Shown here: piece by piece, positions 20,066-30,800 of the stretch
Layout of the letters: every line of letters starts with the position of its first letter
Numbering within the stretch: the stretch's first letter is position 1
From: a virus
Taxonomy: Duplodnaviria; Caudoviricetes
IMG/VR virus record: IMGVR_UViG_3300035507_000332
Strand: one strand, 5' to 3'
DNA: 64,000 nucleotides
Position numbers and translations under genes: made by a program
Notes under the pieces: model-generated
What the model saw: the letters and a program-made list of their open reading frames with translations, nothing else
The model's database searches: none
What the model was told of the DNA's origin: nothing

Positions 20066-21256
20066 ATGAAGAGAGAGAAACTCCCTAGTATTCAAGATTC
20101 AACAGTCTTCTCTTATGCGACAACCCCAGAAAGGTACGAGTTTGCTTGGGAAATCGCCGAAGAGTTGTACTACAAGTTTTATATCAAAGGGTTATTCAGG
20201 AGCTTTGCAAAACGATATAACGCATTTAACGATTCTCTTAAAGGCATTGGAACGCTAGAGAAGCGAGACATCCAGTCAATGTTCTGCGACCTCTCCAGGC
20301 ACGTCGAAGGAGTCTACATAGCGGACAAGTACAGAAGCACCGACTGGGTAGCAGAGGCAAACGAGTTTGCAACAACCTACAACTACTTCGTGCGCAAGAT
20401 AGCAGTCAACATGGACAAGGTAGGATTTGCAATCTCTGCCGACGACTATGTAATCAACAAAGAAGAGCTAGTGGACAAATCTCTCTACAACGGCAAAAAG
20501 CTCATCTCAAAGATACGTCGAGAAGAAAAGGCACGCTTTGCGAAGATCGAAGAAAGAAAGGGAGTACCAGAAAACGCCCAGAATGCCCCTAAAACGCTCG
20601 ACCCTGTCTTAGCCGAAGAATCAGACATGCTCGACCTACAACGCAATTTAAGGGGCATTAAGAGGCTTTGTAACGAGTTTTCAGGCGAGCCATTCATTCC
20701 AGAGAGTGACATCAAGAGAATTCGATACGCTGCCGAACACATCCGAGAAGAGATAACCAAGAAGGCAGAATCGAATACTTTGACGAAATCCGACGTTAGC
20801 AAGTACATGTACGACCTTTGGGAAATCGAAGGGGTCAACAGAGACATGTTCATGAGCTACCAAGAAGCCTACGAACAAGAAGCTCTCAAGGAGAATTTTG
20901 GCTTTTCAGATACAACAGAAGGTGAATTCCAAGTAGTTGAAGAAATTCACGACTTAGACCACGTAGAGCTAGAAAAGCACGAAACACACGTTGAGAACGT
21001 TCGAGAAGCTATAAAAGCAAAGTATATCCCTAAGCTTAAGGCGTTAAAAGAATTCAGAGAAACATTTAAGGACAACAAGTCAATCGAAGTCCTCATCAAA
21101 GAGATAACGGCATTGGTTGACTTTGCCACGAAGGCATGGAAAGATAATGAATGTCTCCTGTCCGACTTTGTCTCCTTCGAGGAGAAAATGGTATCAGTAG
21201 AAGAAGCAACCGCACGCTTCGTTTGTACAGGAGAATATCACACTAACGAACAATAA
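20066..21256 (+). CDS. Hypothetical helical protein
   Basis: Long ORF; ATG after promoter preferred over TTG at 20027. Confidence 0.7.
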   Translation: MKREKLPSIQDSTVFSYATTPERYEFAWEIAEELYYKFYIKGLFRSFAKRYNAFNDSLKGIGTLEKRDIQSMFCDLSRHVEGVYIADKYRSTDWVAEANEFATTYNYFVRKIAVNMDKVGFAISADDYVINKEELVDKSLYNGKKLISKIRREEKARFAKIEERKGVPENAQNAPKTLDPVLAEESDMLDLQRNLRGIKRLCNEFSGEPFIPESDIKRIRYAAEHIREEITKKAESNTLTKSDVSKYMYDLWEIEGVNRDMFMSYQEAYEQEALKENFGFSDTTEGEFQVVEEIHDLDHVELEKHETHVENVREAIKAKYIPKLKALKEFRETFKDNKSIEVLIKEITALVDFATKAWKDNECLLSDFVSFEEKMVSVEEATARFVCTGEYHTNEQ

Positions 21257-21259
21257 TTT

Positions 21260-22495
21260 ATGGCCAAAAAAGACGACGAAATAGCAGAAGTAGACTCCTC
21301 AAAATTCTTGAAGAGCTTCATGCTCAACAAGCAGAACAAGTCCCTCTACTACAAGAAGGTCGAACACGACTACAGAATTTCCAGTGGAAGCATCTTACTT
21401 GACGAAATGATTGGAACACTTGCGCCATGTATGTTCCGATTTTATGGCGCATCAGGAGGCGGAAAGACATCCTGCATGTTGTCCTACATGAAAGACTTCC
21501 TCGAAACAGTCCCCAAGGCAAAAGGCATCTACTTCAAATCCGAGGGACGATTCAGCGACACGCTCCGCAATAACTCAGGTATTTCCTTTGTAGACGACGA
21601 GATCGACTGGCAAGACGGCAAGTGCATCATCATTGAAACAAACTTCTACGAAGGGGTATTCAACCTAGTAGAGCAACTCATCAAGGGGAATTTTGACAAC
21701 AAATTCTTCTTCATTGTAGACTCAATGGACGGACTCATCTTGCAAGGCGATGGAGAAAAAGACTTCAGCGAAGCAATCAAAGTAGCAGGTGGAGCAACCC
21801 TCTCAACTCTTGCCATGAAAAAGCTCTCTGTTCCACTCTCAGCAGGAGGACACTACTTAGGGCTTATTTCTCAACAACGAGCCAACATCAAGACAAACGC
21901 CTATACGCACGAAGTCAACCAGATGAAGCTCGACTCCTCAGGAGGTAATGCTCTCATCCACTTCCCAGACGTCATCTTGGAATTCTACACGGTCAAGGTA
22001 GACAGTCAGTACTTTGAATCCAACGAAGACTTCAACCCAGCACGTCCGAAGGCAATCAACGACTTCGACAAAATGAGCAAAGACCAACCAGTAGGACACA
22101 TGGTACGAGGCTTTGTTCGCAAGTCAGATAGTAATGTTCAGAACATGCCCTTGGCTTATCCTATCCGATACGACCGTCCAGGAGAATGTATTTGGTGGGA
22201 AAGAGAAGTCATGCTTAAGCTTATCGCCGACTCTTGGATTTCCATTAAGACAACAGGCAACGTCGTGCCAGAAGACGGATTCAACGAACTCCTCAGCAAC
22301 TACGACATTCCAGAATTTGAGCCTACCAAGGGCAAACTCAATGCCGAACGTGCGCTCAAAGAATCAGGCGCATTAGAGTTATTCTGGAAGCTTTTTAAGA
22401 AAGAAAACCGAGAACGTCACATCGTAGACGAAAAAGGCAGACGCTGTGGCTTTATGGTCATCAATGCTATCACACAAAAGGTAGATCTTGACTAA
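21260..22495 (+). CDS. RecA/UvsX-like recombinase
   Basis: ISSGSILLD, Walker A GASGGGKTS, Walker B FIVDSMDGL, ISQQR, SGGNALIHF. Confidence 0.85.
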   Translation: MAKKDDEIAEVDSSKFLKSFMLNKQNKSLYYKKVEHDYRISSGSILLDEMIGTLAPCMFRFYGASGGGKTSCMLSYMKDFLETVPKAKGIYFKSEGRFSDTLRNNSGISFVDDEIDWQDGKCIIIETNFYEGVFNLVEQLIKGNFDNKFFFIVDSMDGLILQGDGEKDFSEAIKVAGGATLSTLAMKKLSVPLSAGGHYLGLISQQRANIKTNAYTHEVNQMKLDSSGGNALIHFPDVILEFYTVKVDSQYFESNEDFNPARPKAINDFDKMSKDQPVGHMVRGFVRKSDSNVQNMPLAYPIRYDRPGECIWWEREVMLKLIADSWISIKTTGNVVPEDGFNELLSNYDIPEFEPTKGKLNAERALKESGALELFWKLFKKENRERHIVDEKGRRCGFMVINAITQKVDLD

Positions 22496-22908
22496 TGAAA
22501 TTCCTCTCCCTCAACGGCAAGCTCAAGACTTTGCGCTCTCCCTCGAAGTACCTCATTGATTGGAACAAACAATCAAGAAGTAAGTTCCAGATGGAAGCCA
22601 AGAAGTTTTTAAACCAGTATTGGTTGATGGATATTGTTTTTGAAGAATTTCCTGTTGTCGGGACAAAGCTAACCCTTGATTTTTATAACGCTACGAGAAG
22701 AGTAGCAGTCGAAATTCAAGGAGCACAGCATCAGAGATACAACCGATTCATGCACGGAGGTTCAAAGATAAACTTCCTAGACCAACTCGAGCGAGACGCA
22801 AAAAAGCTTGAGTTCTGCGAGAAAAACGATATACTCCTTGTCGAGATTTACCCCGAAGATAAAATTTGCGAAGAAACGTTCGCAAAGTTTGGAGAAAACA
22901 TTTTATGA
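22495..22908 (+). CDS. PD-(D/E)xK endonuclease (DUF559/Vsr-like)
   Basis: LDFY...AVEIQGAQH...QLERDAKK. Confidence 0.75.
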   Translation: MKFLSLNGKLKTLRSPSKYLIDWNKQSRSKFQMEAKKFLNQYWLMDIVFEEFPVVGTKLTLDFYNATRRVAVEIQGAQHQRYNRFMHGGSKINFLDQLERDAKKLEFCEKNDILLVEIYPEDKICEETFAKFGENIL

Positions 22909-23216
22909 GCGATGATTCACTACTGCAAGAAGATACTAACCCTGAAGAAGTTGAACTACCCGAATACAAGAAATTAGACACAATACCATCTGCTCTTCGT
23001 AGAGCAATCTACGAGATGTCAGGAGGGGCTGACTACAACAAGGGATTCTACCTCTTTGTATGCAACGCCGATGGGTTCATTGAAACGTACTCATTCTGCG
23101 AAGGGGCTATCGAAGACGCCATTATTCAGAACATGGTTTATACGATTGCACAGCACAATGCTAAGCGTCAACAAACCTTGCTCACTCGGTCATTAGGAGA
23201 TTTGGGTAATGCTTGA
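22905..23216 (+). CDS. Hypothetical protein
   Basis: ATGA overlap, operon packing. Confidence 0.6.
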   Translation: MSDDSLLQEDTNPEEVELPEYKKLDTIPSALRRAIYEMSGGADYNKGFYLFVCNADGFIETYSFCEGAIEDAIIQNMVYTIAQHNAKRQQTLLTRSLGDLGNA

Positions 23217-25671
23217 GGGTCTTTCGTATAGCAACAAGTTCAACCTCCTAGACACAGAAAAAGCTCTCCTCGCCCTGATTCTCACGAAGAAGGGTGTTAT
23301 TGATGATATTATCAATATCCTCAAGAGGGAAGACTTTGAAAACGGTGAAAACACCATTCACCGAACAGTCTACAGCTTGTGTGTTCAGTGTTATGAACGA
23401 TATCGGTACGTCTCGATTCCAGCCGTCATTGACGAGATTAAGAATTCTGGCGTGATACGTCTCTCTGGGGCAATCAACATGGACATTAGTCAATATGTTG
23501 AAAGCCTTGGTACAATGCTCATCCGTGACGACAATCACATTGGGCTAGCCAACATCCTCAAAGACGCATCCAAGCGCAGAAAAATTTTCGTTGCAACAGC
23601 TGATATTCAGAAGTATCTGCTCAAGACTCCCTTCGATAACGCAGGGGAAACGGTACGCAACGTGGAAAAGATTTTCCAGGAATGCGTTAGTACCATTGAG
23701 CGAGGCTCTGAAGTACCTGTCAACATTTACGACGACATTGTTGACGCAATCGAAGAGACAACCAACCAAGATGCCCTCACAAAGGGCTTAGAATGCCCTT
23801 ATCCGACGATTCAGAAGATTTTTGGGTCTCTCCTTCGTCCAGGGAACATCACCCTGTTTACGTCACGTTCTGGCGTGGGTAAGGCATTATGTGATACAGA
23901 GGAAGTCTCTACCAAGTACGGTGGTTGCAAACCTATTTCTAAGCTCAAGGAAGGTGAAATCATCATTTCCCAGGACGGACGAGAAACAAAAGTCAAAGGC
24001 GTCTATCCTCAAGGGTTTAGAAAATGCTACCGAGTACGTTGGGCAGATGGTCGTCAGTACACCCTTTGCGACAAGGAACACTTGTGGACAGTCAATCTCA
24101 GAAATGGAGATATCGACGTTCTACGAACAGCTCCTGCAGAGAAGATTGAGCCATTTGTTTCATCCGATGTGAATATCTACGTGGAAACGTCACCAGTAGA
24201 ATACTACCACGACCCAGGTATCAGAGGTACAGACGGTACGTTCTACAACTACGGTAAAGCCTTTGGTGACTCTTATTCCAACGACGACGGAACTCACAAG
24301 TCACTTCAAGACTTGCCACTAAGCACGATCTCAATGTCAAGACGCTTGGCATTCATGAAAGGCTTCACCCTTGGCAATACCGCTGTGACATTCCCAGAAG
24401 GGAAGATAACTCAACATAGATACTCAAGCTACTTTGAGAAAGGAGTTGTCCTCTCAAGCGTCACATCAGTATTCACCACGGAAGAACTCAAGGATGCTGA
24501 AATTTTCCTCGACTGTATCCGTTCAATTGGTGGAGTGGGCGTTATTTCCAACCGACGTACTCCGTTTAAGCGTTGTACAAAAAATGGTTACGTGCCTGTT
24601 CAGAATGCCTATGATGTGCATTTTATCTCAATGCGCCTCTACAGAGAACTAGGATTCTTAAGCGATTCCGACAAAGACTACCAGTTCAGAGACTACGTGA
24701 GAATTTCCGCCATGGAAGAAGAGCGTAGCAAGATGCCATGCACGTGTATCTATGTGGACGACGAATCCCACTTGTACACCCTCAAGAATGGCGTTTTGAC
24801 TCACAACACTCAAATCACCATGGACTTAGCCACAAAGGTATCTGATAGATTTGGCGTGCCAGTTCTTCACTTCGATAATGGGGAAATGAGCAAGCGAGAA
24901 CTTCAGTACCGCCGTATCTCATCTCTTGGTAAAATCAACTACTACGACATCGAGTCTGGGCGTTGGCAAGAGTACTCAGGCAACATGGCGAAAATCAAAA
25001 ACGCCATAGCCGCAACCAAAGGCAAGCAATTGTATTACTACCAGGTTGCAGGTAAGGAGTACGAAGAAATGCGAGATATTGTCAAGTGGTTCTACGAAAA
25101 CGTCGCCAAGGGAGGACAGATGATATTCTGCTTCGACTACCTCAAGCCACCACAAAACGGCACAAGAGAAGACGAACACAAGTACCTTGGACGAATGCTC
25201 GACAAATTCAAGACGCTTATCCACGACGAAATTCTAGTCAACAGAAAGCCTGTGATATCAATGCTTACGTCGGTTCAGTCAAACCGAATGGGCGTTGTAT
25301 CCAAGAAATCATCTGCAGACATGGACGACTCAGAAAACGTCTTTGGTCTATCCGACCGACTGATTCACTATGCGTCTCACTGCGCAATCTTGCGTAACAA
25401 GACTATTGATGAAATTCAGATGGAAGGCGAGGAATTTGGCACTCACAAATTGATTTTTGTCAAAGGTCGATTCCTTGGAGAAGACCCCGACGGATACTTG
25501 AAAATGGTCGAGATGCCAGACGGTTCTCTGCGGAAGAATTCTATCAACCTAGAGTTCAAGAACTTCGCCGTGACAGAAAAGGGAGACTTACGAGACGTCG
25601 CCAAGTCTCTTATAGCAAAGAATTCAAAGTTTAAGAAAGATGACTCAGCAACAATCGACGCCCCATTTTGA
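23209..25671 (+). CDS. dnaB: Replicative DNA helicase DnaB, intein-containing
   Basis: N-terminal DnaB domain, Walker A SRSGVGK|T split by intein, FDNGEM, CFDYLK, QSNR. Confidence 0.92.
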   Translation: MLEGLSYSNKFNLLDTEKALLALILTKKGVIDDIINILKREDFENGENTIHRTVYSLCVQCYERYRYVSIPAVIDEIKNSGVIRLSGAINMDISQYVESLGTMLIRDDNHIGLANILKDASKRRKIFVATADIQKYLLKTPFDNAGETVRNVEKIFQECVSTIERGSEVPVNIYDDIVDAIEETTNQDALTKGLECPYPTIQKIFGSLLRPGNITLFTSRSGVGKALCDTEEVSTKYGGCKPISKLKEGEIIISQDGRETKVKGVYPQGFRKCYRVRWADGRQYTLCDKEHLWTVNLRNGDIDVLRTAPAEKIEPFVSSDVNIYVETSPVEYYHDPGIRGTDGTFYNYGKAFGDSYSNDDGTHKSLQDLPLSTISMSRRLAFMKGFTLGNTAVTFPEGKITQHRYSSYFEKGVVLSSVTSVFTTEELKDAEIFLDCIRSIGGVGVISNRRTPFKRCTKNGYVPVQNAYDVHFISMRLYRELGFLSDSDKDYQFRDYVRISAMEEERSKMPCTCIYVDDESHLYTLKNGVLTHNTQITMDLATKVSDRFGVPVLHFDNGEMSKRELQYRRISSLGKINYYDIESGRWQEYSGNMAKIKNAIAATKGKQLYYYQVAGKEYEEMRDIVKWFYENVAKGGQMIFCFDYLKPPQNGTREDEHKYLGRMLDKFKTLIHDEILVNRKPVISMLTSVQSNRMGVVSKKSSADMDDSENVFGLSDRLIHYASHCAILRNKTIDEIQMEGEEFGTHKLIFVKGRFLGEDPDGYLKMVEMPDGSLRKNSINLEFKNFAVTEKGDLRDVAKSLIAKNSKFKKDDSATIDAPF
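23884..24807 (+). mobile_element. Class 3 intein (308 aa) in DnaB P-loop with degenerate LAGLIDADG domain
   Basis: Starts Ala (ALCDTEEV), block B EHLW, block F CTCIYVD, ends THN/T. Confidence 0.88.
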
Positions 25672-26722
25672 CGTGCTAAGCTTCTTGCAATCAATGGGAT
25701 ACTCACCCACGTTGCAAGGAGAATTCTACCGATGTGCGGCTATTTACCGAGATGGAGACAATCCAACCGCTCTCAGTATCAACAAGAATACTGGACGATG
25801 GAGCGACTTCGTCTCAGGTATTAGCAACGCACCCTTTGAAAAACTTATCGACCTCACGCTAGGAGATGAGAGCAAGCCACTTGTAGACGAATTCAAAAAC
25901 GCTACATCAATGGGAATGCTAGAAGTTAAGCACCAGTTTTCCAAGGAAGAATACATGAAAGACGACGTCTACTCACCTCACTTGCTCAAGAACTTACTCA
26001 ACCTCTATACGTTCTACGAAAAGCGAGGGATTAGTCAAAAGACTCAAGAAGCCTACGCTTCAGGTTACGCCTCCTCTGGAAAGATGTACGGACGAATTGT
26101 CTTCCCTATCTACAACGAAGAAAATCAACTGATTGGCTTTGCAGGTAGAGACGTCTATTCCAGAGACACAAAGAATTGCCCGAAGTGGAAACTTATTGGC
26201 AAGAAAAAGAATTTCGTATATCCTTTCCACTTACCAGGGATGGACGTTCAATTCATGGACGACTTCAACAACAAAGGTCGAGAAGTCATTCTAGTTGAAA
26301 GTATTGGCGACAGCATGGCATTGTACCAGAACGGCATGAGAAACAACCTCGTGTGCTTTGGTCTTGCTTGTCAAGAATCCCTAGCCGCTTTCTTGAATCA
26401 CCTCAACCCAGACATGATAACGATTGCCTTCAACAACGATGCGAATTCGTCTATCAACCGAGGGTTAGTTGCGTGTGTGAAGACGTATTTGGCTCTTACA
26501 GGGCTTTTTAGTCCCGACAAGGTAAGAATCAAGCTCCCTCTGCGAAACGACTTTGGAGACATGGTTATGAGCGGAGAACAGGACATCTTCGACCGTTGGA
26601 AGGTGAAAGGAATCGACATGAGCAAGCAAAGAGCCTACATGAAACAGATGGTTCTCAAAAACCCAGAGCTATTCACCAAGAAAGAAGCAGGACTAGCCAA
26701 AAAAGTATTTGTGGAGGACTAA
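25640..26722 (+). CDS. DNA primase (DnaG/TOPRIM)
   Basis: RIVFPIYN..LIGFAGR, VILVESIGDSMAL, IAFNND, NDFGD; follows dnaB. Confidence 0.87.
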   Translation: MTQQQSTPHFDVLSFLQSMGYSPTLQGEFYRCAAIYRDGDNPTALSINKNTGRWSDFVSGISNAPFEKLIDLTLGDESKPLVDEFKNATSMGMLEVKHQFSKEEYMKDDVYSPHLLKNLLNLYTFYEKRGISQKTQEAYASGYASSGKMYGRIVFPIYNEENQLIGFAGRDVYSRDTKNCPKWKLIGKKKNFVYPFHLPGMDVQFMDDFNNKGREVILVESIGDSMALYQNGMRNNLVCFGLACQESLAAFLNHLNPDMITIAFNNDANSSINRGLVACVKTYLALTGLFSPDKVRIKLPLRNDFGDMVMSGEQDIFDRWKVKGIDMSKQRAYMKQMVLKNPELFTKKEAGLAKKVFVED

Positions 26723-26724
26723 AG

Positions 26725-27777
26725 ATGCCAGAACGAGACGCACCAAAAACCGCTTTATCAGCCTCACGTATCAAGACGTTGGAGACTTGCAGTTGGCTGT
26801 ACTATTGCAAGTACGTCCTCAAGATTCCAGACAAGTCAAACGAAGGCGCAATGAAAGGGTCTGTGACCCACGCCGTGATGGAAGTTTTAGGCGATCGAGC
26901 CAGACGCCAAGGATATTTTGACCGAATTGCCTACACGCAAGACGTTGACAGCGTGCCGTCAATTAGCCGAATGATATCTTGGTACGCCAACAAACTAGGC
27001 ATTGGTTCGCCAGAGAATCTTGCGGACATCAAAAACATGTGCCTTGCAGGTATCAACTACGACTTCTACGGAGACAGCTGTGGGCAACAAGAAGGACACT
27101 CAGAAATCGAGTTCAACATTGTTAAGAACGAAGGAGGGAAATTCTACAAGATTAGAGGCTTCCTCGACAAGCTGTTCATCTACGATGGAGGTCGGCAAGC
27201 TCTCATCCGAGACTTCAAGACATCCAAGAAAGTCTATGTAGGCGAAGAAGTTACAAACAACTTACAGCATTTCTTTTATTCATTAGCAACACGTCATATG
27301 TTTCCTAATGTGGAGAAATCACAAACTCAGTTCTTATTCTTGCGTCACCCGATGAACGCAGAAGATTCTTCAGGAGTCATTAACATTGATTTGAATGATA
27401 ATGATATTGTAGAAGGCTTTGAATATGAACTAACTGATTGGCAAATTCTCGTGGACAATTTTAATTTGCGAGATGCGCTTGCAGGAATAGCTTCTGACAT
27501 GCCATACCCCACGGACGGAACGTTTGGTGGTCCTCTAGCGTGTGGGCGTGCTAAATGCCCGAATACCTTGAAAAAGGACGGCACGCCTATGTGGTATTGC
27601 CCAGCGAAATTCCCCTTTGAATACTACAAGATTTTGCGTCGATCTGATAACGCATTTATCGCCTCTTGCTTTATCGAAGATAAACAGGAAATGATGCAAA
27701 AATATCCAAGAGAAGAGTATTTGTACAAGTGGGAGGTTTATTCTGGTTGTCCTACTTATAATCGTGCGAACTATTAA
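26725..27777 (+). CDS. PD-(D/E)xK RecB/Cas4-like exonuclease
   Basis: LSASRIKTLETCSW, GSVTH, RGFLDKL, IRDFKTSK, Q..FY, C-terminal cysteines. Confidence 0.85.
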   Translation: MPERDAPKTALSASRIKTLETCSWLYYCKYVLKIPDKSNEGAMKGSVTHAVMEVLGDRARRQGYFDRIAYTQDVDSVPSISRMISWYANKLGIGSPENLADIKNMCLAGINYDFYGDSCGQQEGHSEIEFNIVKNEGGKFYKIRGFLDKLFIYDGGRQALIRDFKTSKKVYVGEEVTNNLQHFFYSLATRHMFPNVEKSQTQFLFLRHPMNAEDSSGVINIDLNDNDIVEGFEYELTDWQILVDNFNLRDALAGIASDMPYPTDGTFGGPLACGRAKCPNTLKKDGTPMWYCPAKFPFEYYKILRRSDNAFIASCFIEDKQEMMQKYPREEYLYKWEVYSGCPTYNRANY

Positions 27778-27781
27778 GTTG

Positions 27782-27816
27782 TTGACTTAAAAGGAGAGTC
27801 ATGGTAAACTCTCCTT
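27782..27816 (+). promoter_or_regulatory. Sigma70-type promoter of dnaE overlapped by a 9-bp inverted repeat
   Basis: TTGACT-17nt-TAAACT (TG extended), ATG 8 nt later; AAGGAGAGT/ACTCTCCTT. Confidence 0.65.
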
Positions 27817-27818
27817 CG

Positions 27819-30800
27819 ATGTCACAACAACCAGTTATACCGTTTTTTAAAACTCATACGTCTATTGGTAAGTCGCTTTTACGTATCAAGGACGTATTCC
27901 GTTTAGCACAAGAGAACAAGCTTGCTCTAGTCACTCTTATTGAAGACTCGATGATTGGCTTCCCAGAAGCACTTCGACTCAGTAAGAAGACTGGAATCAA
28001 GCTTGTTTTTGGTATCCGCTTTGATGTATGCAACGACCTCTCCGACCCCAAGGAGAAGATCGAGAATTCTCGTAGCAAGATGATTGCCATTATGCGCAAC
28101 GACGAAGGCTACAAGGATTTGATTAGCTTATACTCAGAGGTTCATACCAACGAATACGATTGCACGGACTACAAGAATCTCGCCCACTACTTCACGGATT
28201 GCCAAGACACGCTCTTATTTGGCTTACCCTTCTACGACTCATTCATTGCCAAGAATAGTCTCACGACATCCGATTGCTTGCCTCAGTTTGGAAACTACAA
28301 GCCATTCCTTTGCGTAGAAGAAAATGGACATCCGTTCGACGATATTATCAAGGCTCGTCTTACTCACTACCAGTACATCCACGGCAACCGAGTTCAGCCT
28401 TGCAAGTCAATCTACTACGAAAACTACCAAGACTTCGACGCTTACACGACGTACCGATTGATTTGCGGACGTTCCGTTTACGGCAATGCCTCCTTGGATA
28501 GGCCGAATTTACCGTACTTCTTCTCCAACCGTTTCTGCTTTGAAGACTGGAAAAACAACACTCACCAGGAGGTAGAAACATACGTACGTTTTGAAGACTC
28601 CTCTCTCAAGGGGAAGAAGCTCGTTGTCTTCGATACTGAAACAGAAGGTCTCAATCTTCATTCATCCAAGCCTTGGCAGATTGCGTGGGTAGAAATGCTC
28701 AACGGTAAAGTCGTCAACAAAGAGATGCACTATCTCGCCTGGGACGATATTAACGTATCCAAGGAAGCGGCAGCTGTTACAGGATTTGACATTAACGTCT
28801 ACAACGCCAAGAAAGAAGACCCCAAGCTTATCATTGAAAAGTTCTGGAAGCTCATTTCCGACCCTAACGTGGTCGTTGTAGGGCAGAACGTGCTTGGCTT
28901 CGATATCTTTATGCTCGAAGAAGTGAGACGCCTTGTAGGGCTTCCTACGGACTTCTCCTACCTTAGCCGAGTTTGTGACACGGTTTCATTGTCTCGTGCG
29001 TATTTGTGCGGAATAGCCAAGTCTCCAGAAGAGTCGATGGTAGAATTCTGCTTCAAGATGCTTAACTACAAGCCAGAGAAGAGAATCTCCGTCAAACTCA
29101 ACAAAATGCTTGCTCACTTTGGTATCGACTACGACGAAAGTAAATTGCACGACGCTCTCGTTGATACAGAGATGACCGCCGAGCTTGCTTTGCGCCTATT
29201 GAGAGTTCTTGGCTTTGAAGAAAACCCACCTTTCAGCCTCTCCGTATCCTCTGTAAAGACGCCAGAATGCACGCCGATCTTCCGAGATACAGACCGATAC
29301 GAAACACCTATGTTGGAAGGCGTTATTCTTCCAACAGCAGACATTCCTGCAGAAGAAGCAGAAGCACTTGGTCTCCCTTCAACTTGCACGTCTCTTGAAT
29401 TCCTCCGAGCATTGTGCAATGACGGATTCAAGCGCATTGGTATCGACCAGTATCCCAACTTCGACGACTACAAGAAACGCCTAGACTACGAACTTCAAGT
29501 CTTAGATGCTTGCGGATTTGTCGATTACATGCTCCTTAACCGAGAAATTATCCAACACTGTAAGCAAGTTGGAATCCCCACAGGTAAAGGTCGTGGTTCT
29601 GCAGCAGGTTCGCTTGTATTCTATCTCCTCGATGTAACACGTGTTGACCCTCTGAAGTATGGGCTTATCTTTGAACGATTTGTATCAATGGCTCGTGCTA
29701 AGAAGATTCAAGGTAAAGACGGAAGAACTTACTTGGATGGTGGTCTACTCGCTGACTGTGACTTGGATATTTCCTACGCCGACAGACCTAAAGTTGTAGA
29801 CTTTGTGTTCGAGCGATTCAACGGTAACGCCTGTAAAATTCTCACTGTAGGAACACTTTCTGGGAAGTTGTGCATTAAGGAATGTATGAAGCTTGTCGGT
29901 GGCTTTGCGGAAGAAGACACGAAGCCAGTCTCAGACATGATTCCCAAGCAATACGGAGTCGTAAAGCCTCTCAAAGAAGCCTATGAATCATCCGAGGACT
30001 TCAAGAAATTCTGCGACGACAACAGAAAAGTATTTGACATTGCCCTGCGCCTAGAAGACCTCAACAAGAACACAGGCGTTCACCCTTCAGGTATTGCTAT
30101 TTCCGCATTCCCACTCAAAGAAACGATGCCACTTCAATTGACCAAGGATGGCGACCTAGTTTCTAGTTTTGAAATGGCGGATGTGGCGTCAATCATGGTT
30201 AAGTTCGACTTGCTTGGCTTGCGTACCCTTACGCAAATCAAAGCAACCTGCGACATGCTAGGCATGGACTACACCAAGTTGGACTACACCAACCCAGAGA
30301 TTTACAAGTTCATCAACAAGGACATCATCCCCAAGGGCATTTTCCAAATTGAAGCCGATACAAACTTAAAGGTCGCAATGGCTGTTAAGCCCGAAAATTT
30401 GGAAGAACTCTCTGACGTTGTGGCACTTGCTCGCCCAGGCACGCTCGCTTATCTAGGTGACTACGTAAAAGCCAAGGAAACAGGCGAAATGCGTCATTCT
30501 GGTGACGAAGGAATGGACTCGCTACTTCATGAGACTAAAGGGCTTTTGCTGTTCCAGGAAACGTTGATGATGATTTCCCACAAGGTGTTTGGATTTACCC
30601 TTGAGGAGTCCGAGATGCTGAGAAAAGTTGTGGGCAAGAAGAAAGTGGACCAGATGCCTGCCTTCGAGTCAAAAATTATGGAAGGCGCAGAGAAGAATGG
30701 CGTATCCAGAGAAGCGGCTTTGTATTTTTGGCAGGTATGTCAGGAATCGGCAAACTACTCTTTCAATAAATCACACAGCTTGTGCTATGCAGCAACAGCT

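Noticed and set aside
26725-27777. Cas4 as evidence of CRISPR-Cas
   Set aside because: Stand-alone RecB-like nuclease in replication context
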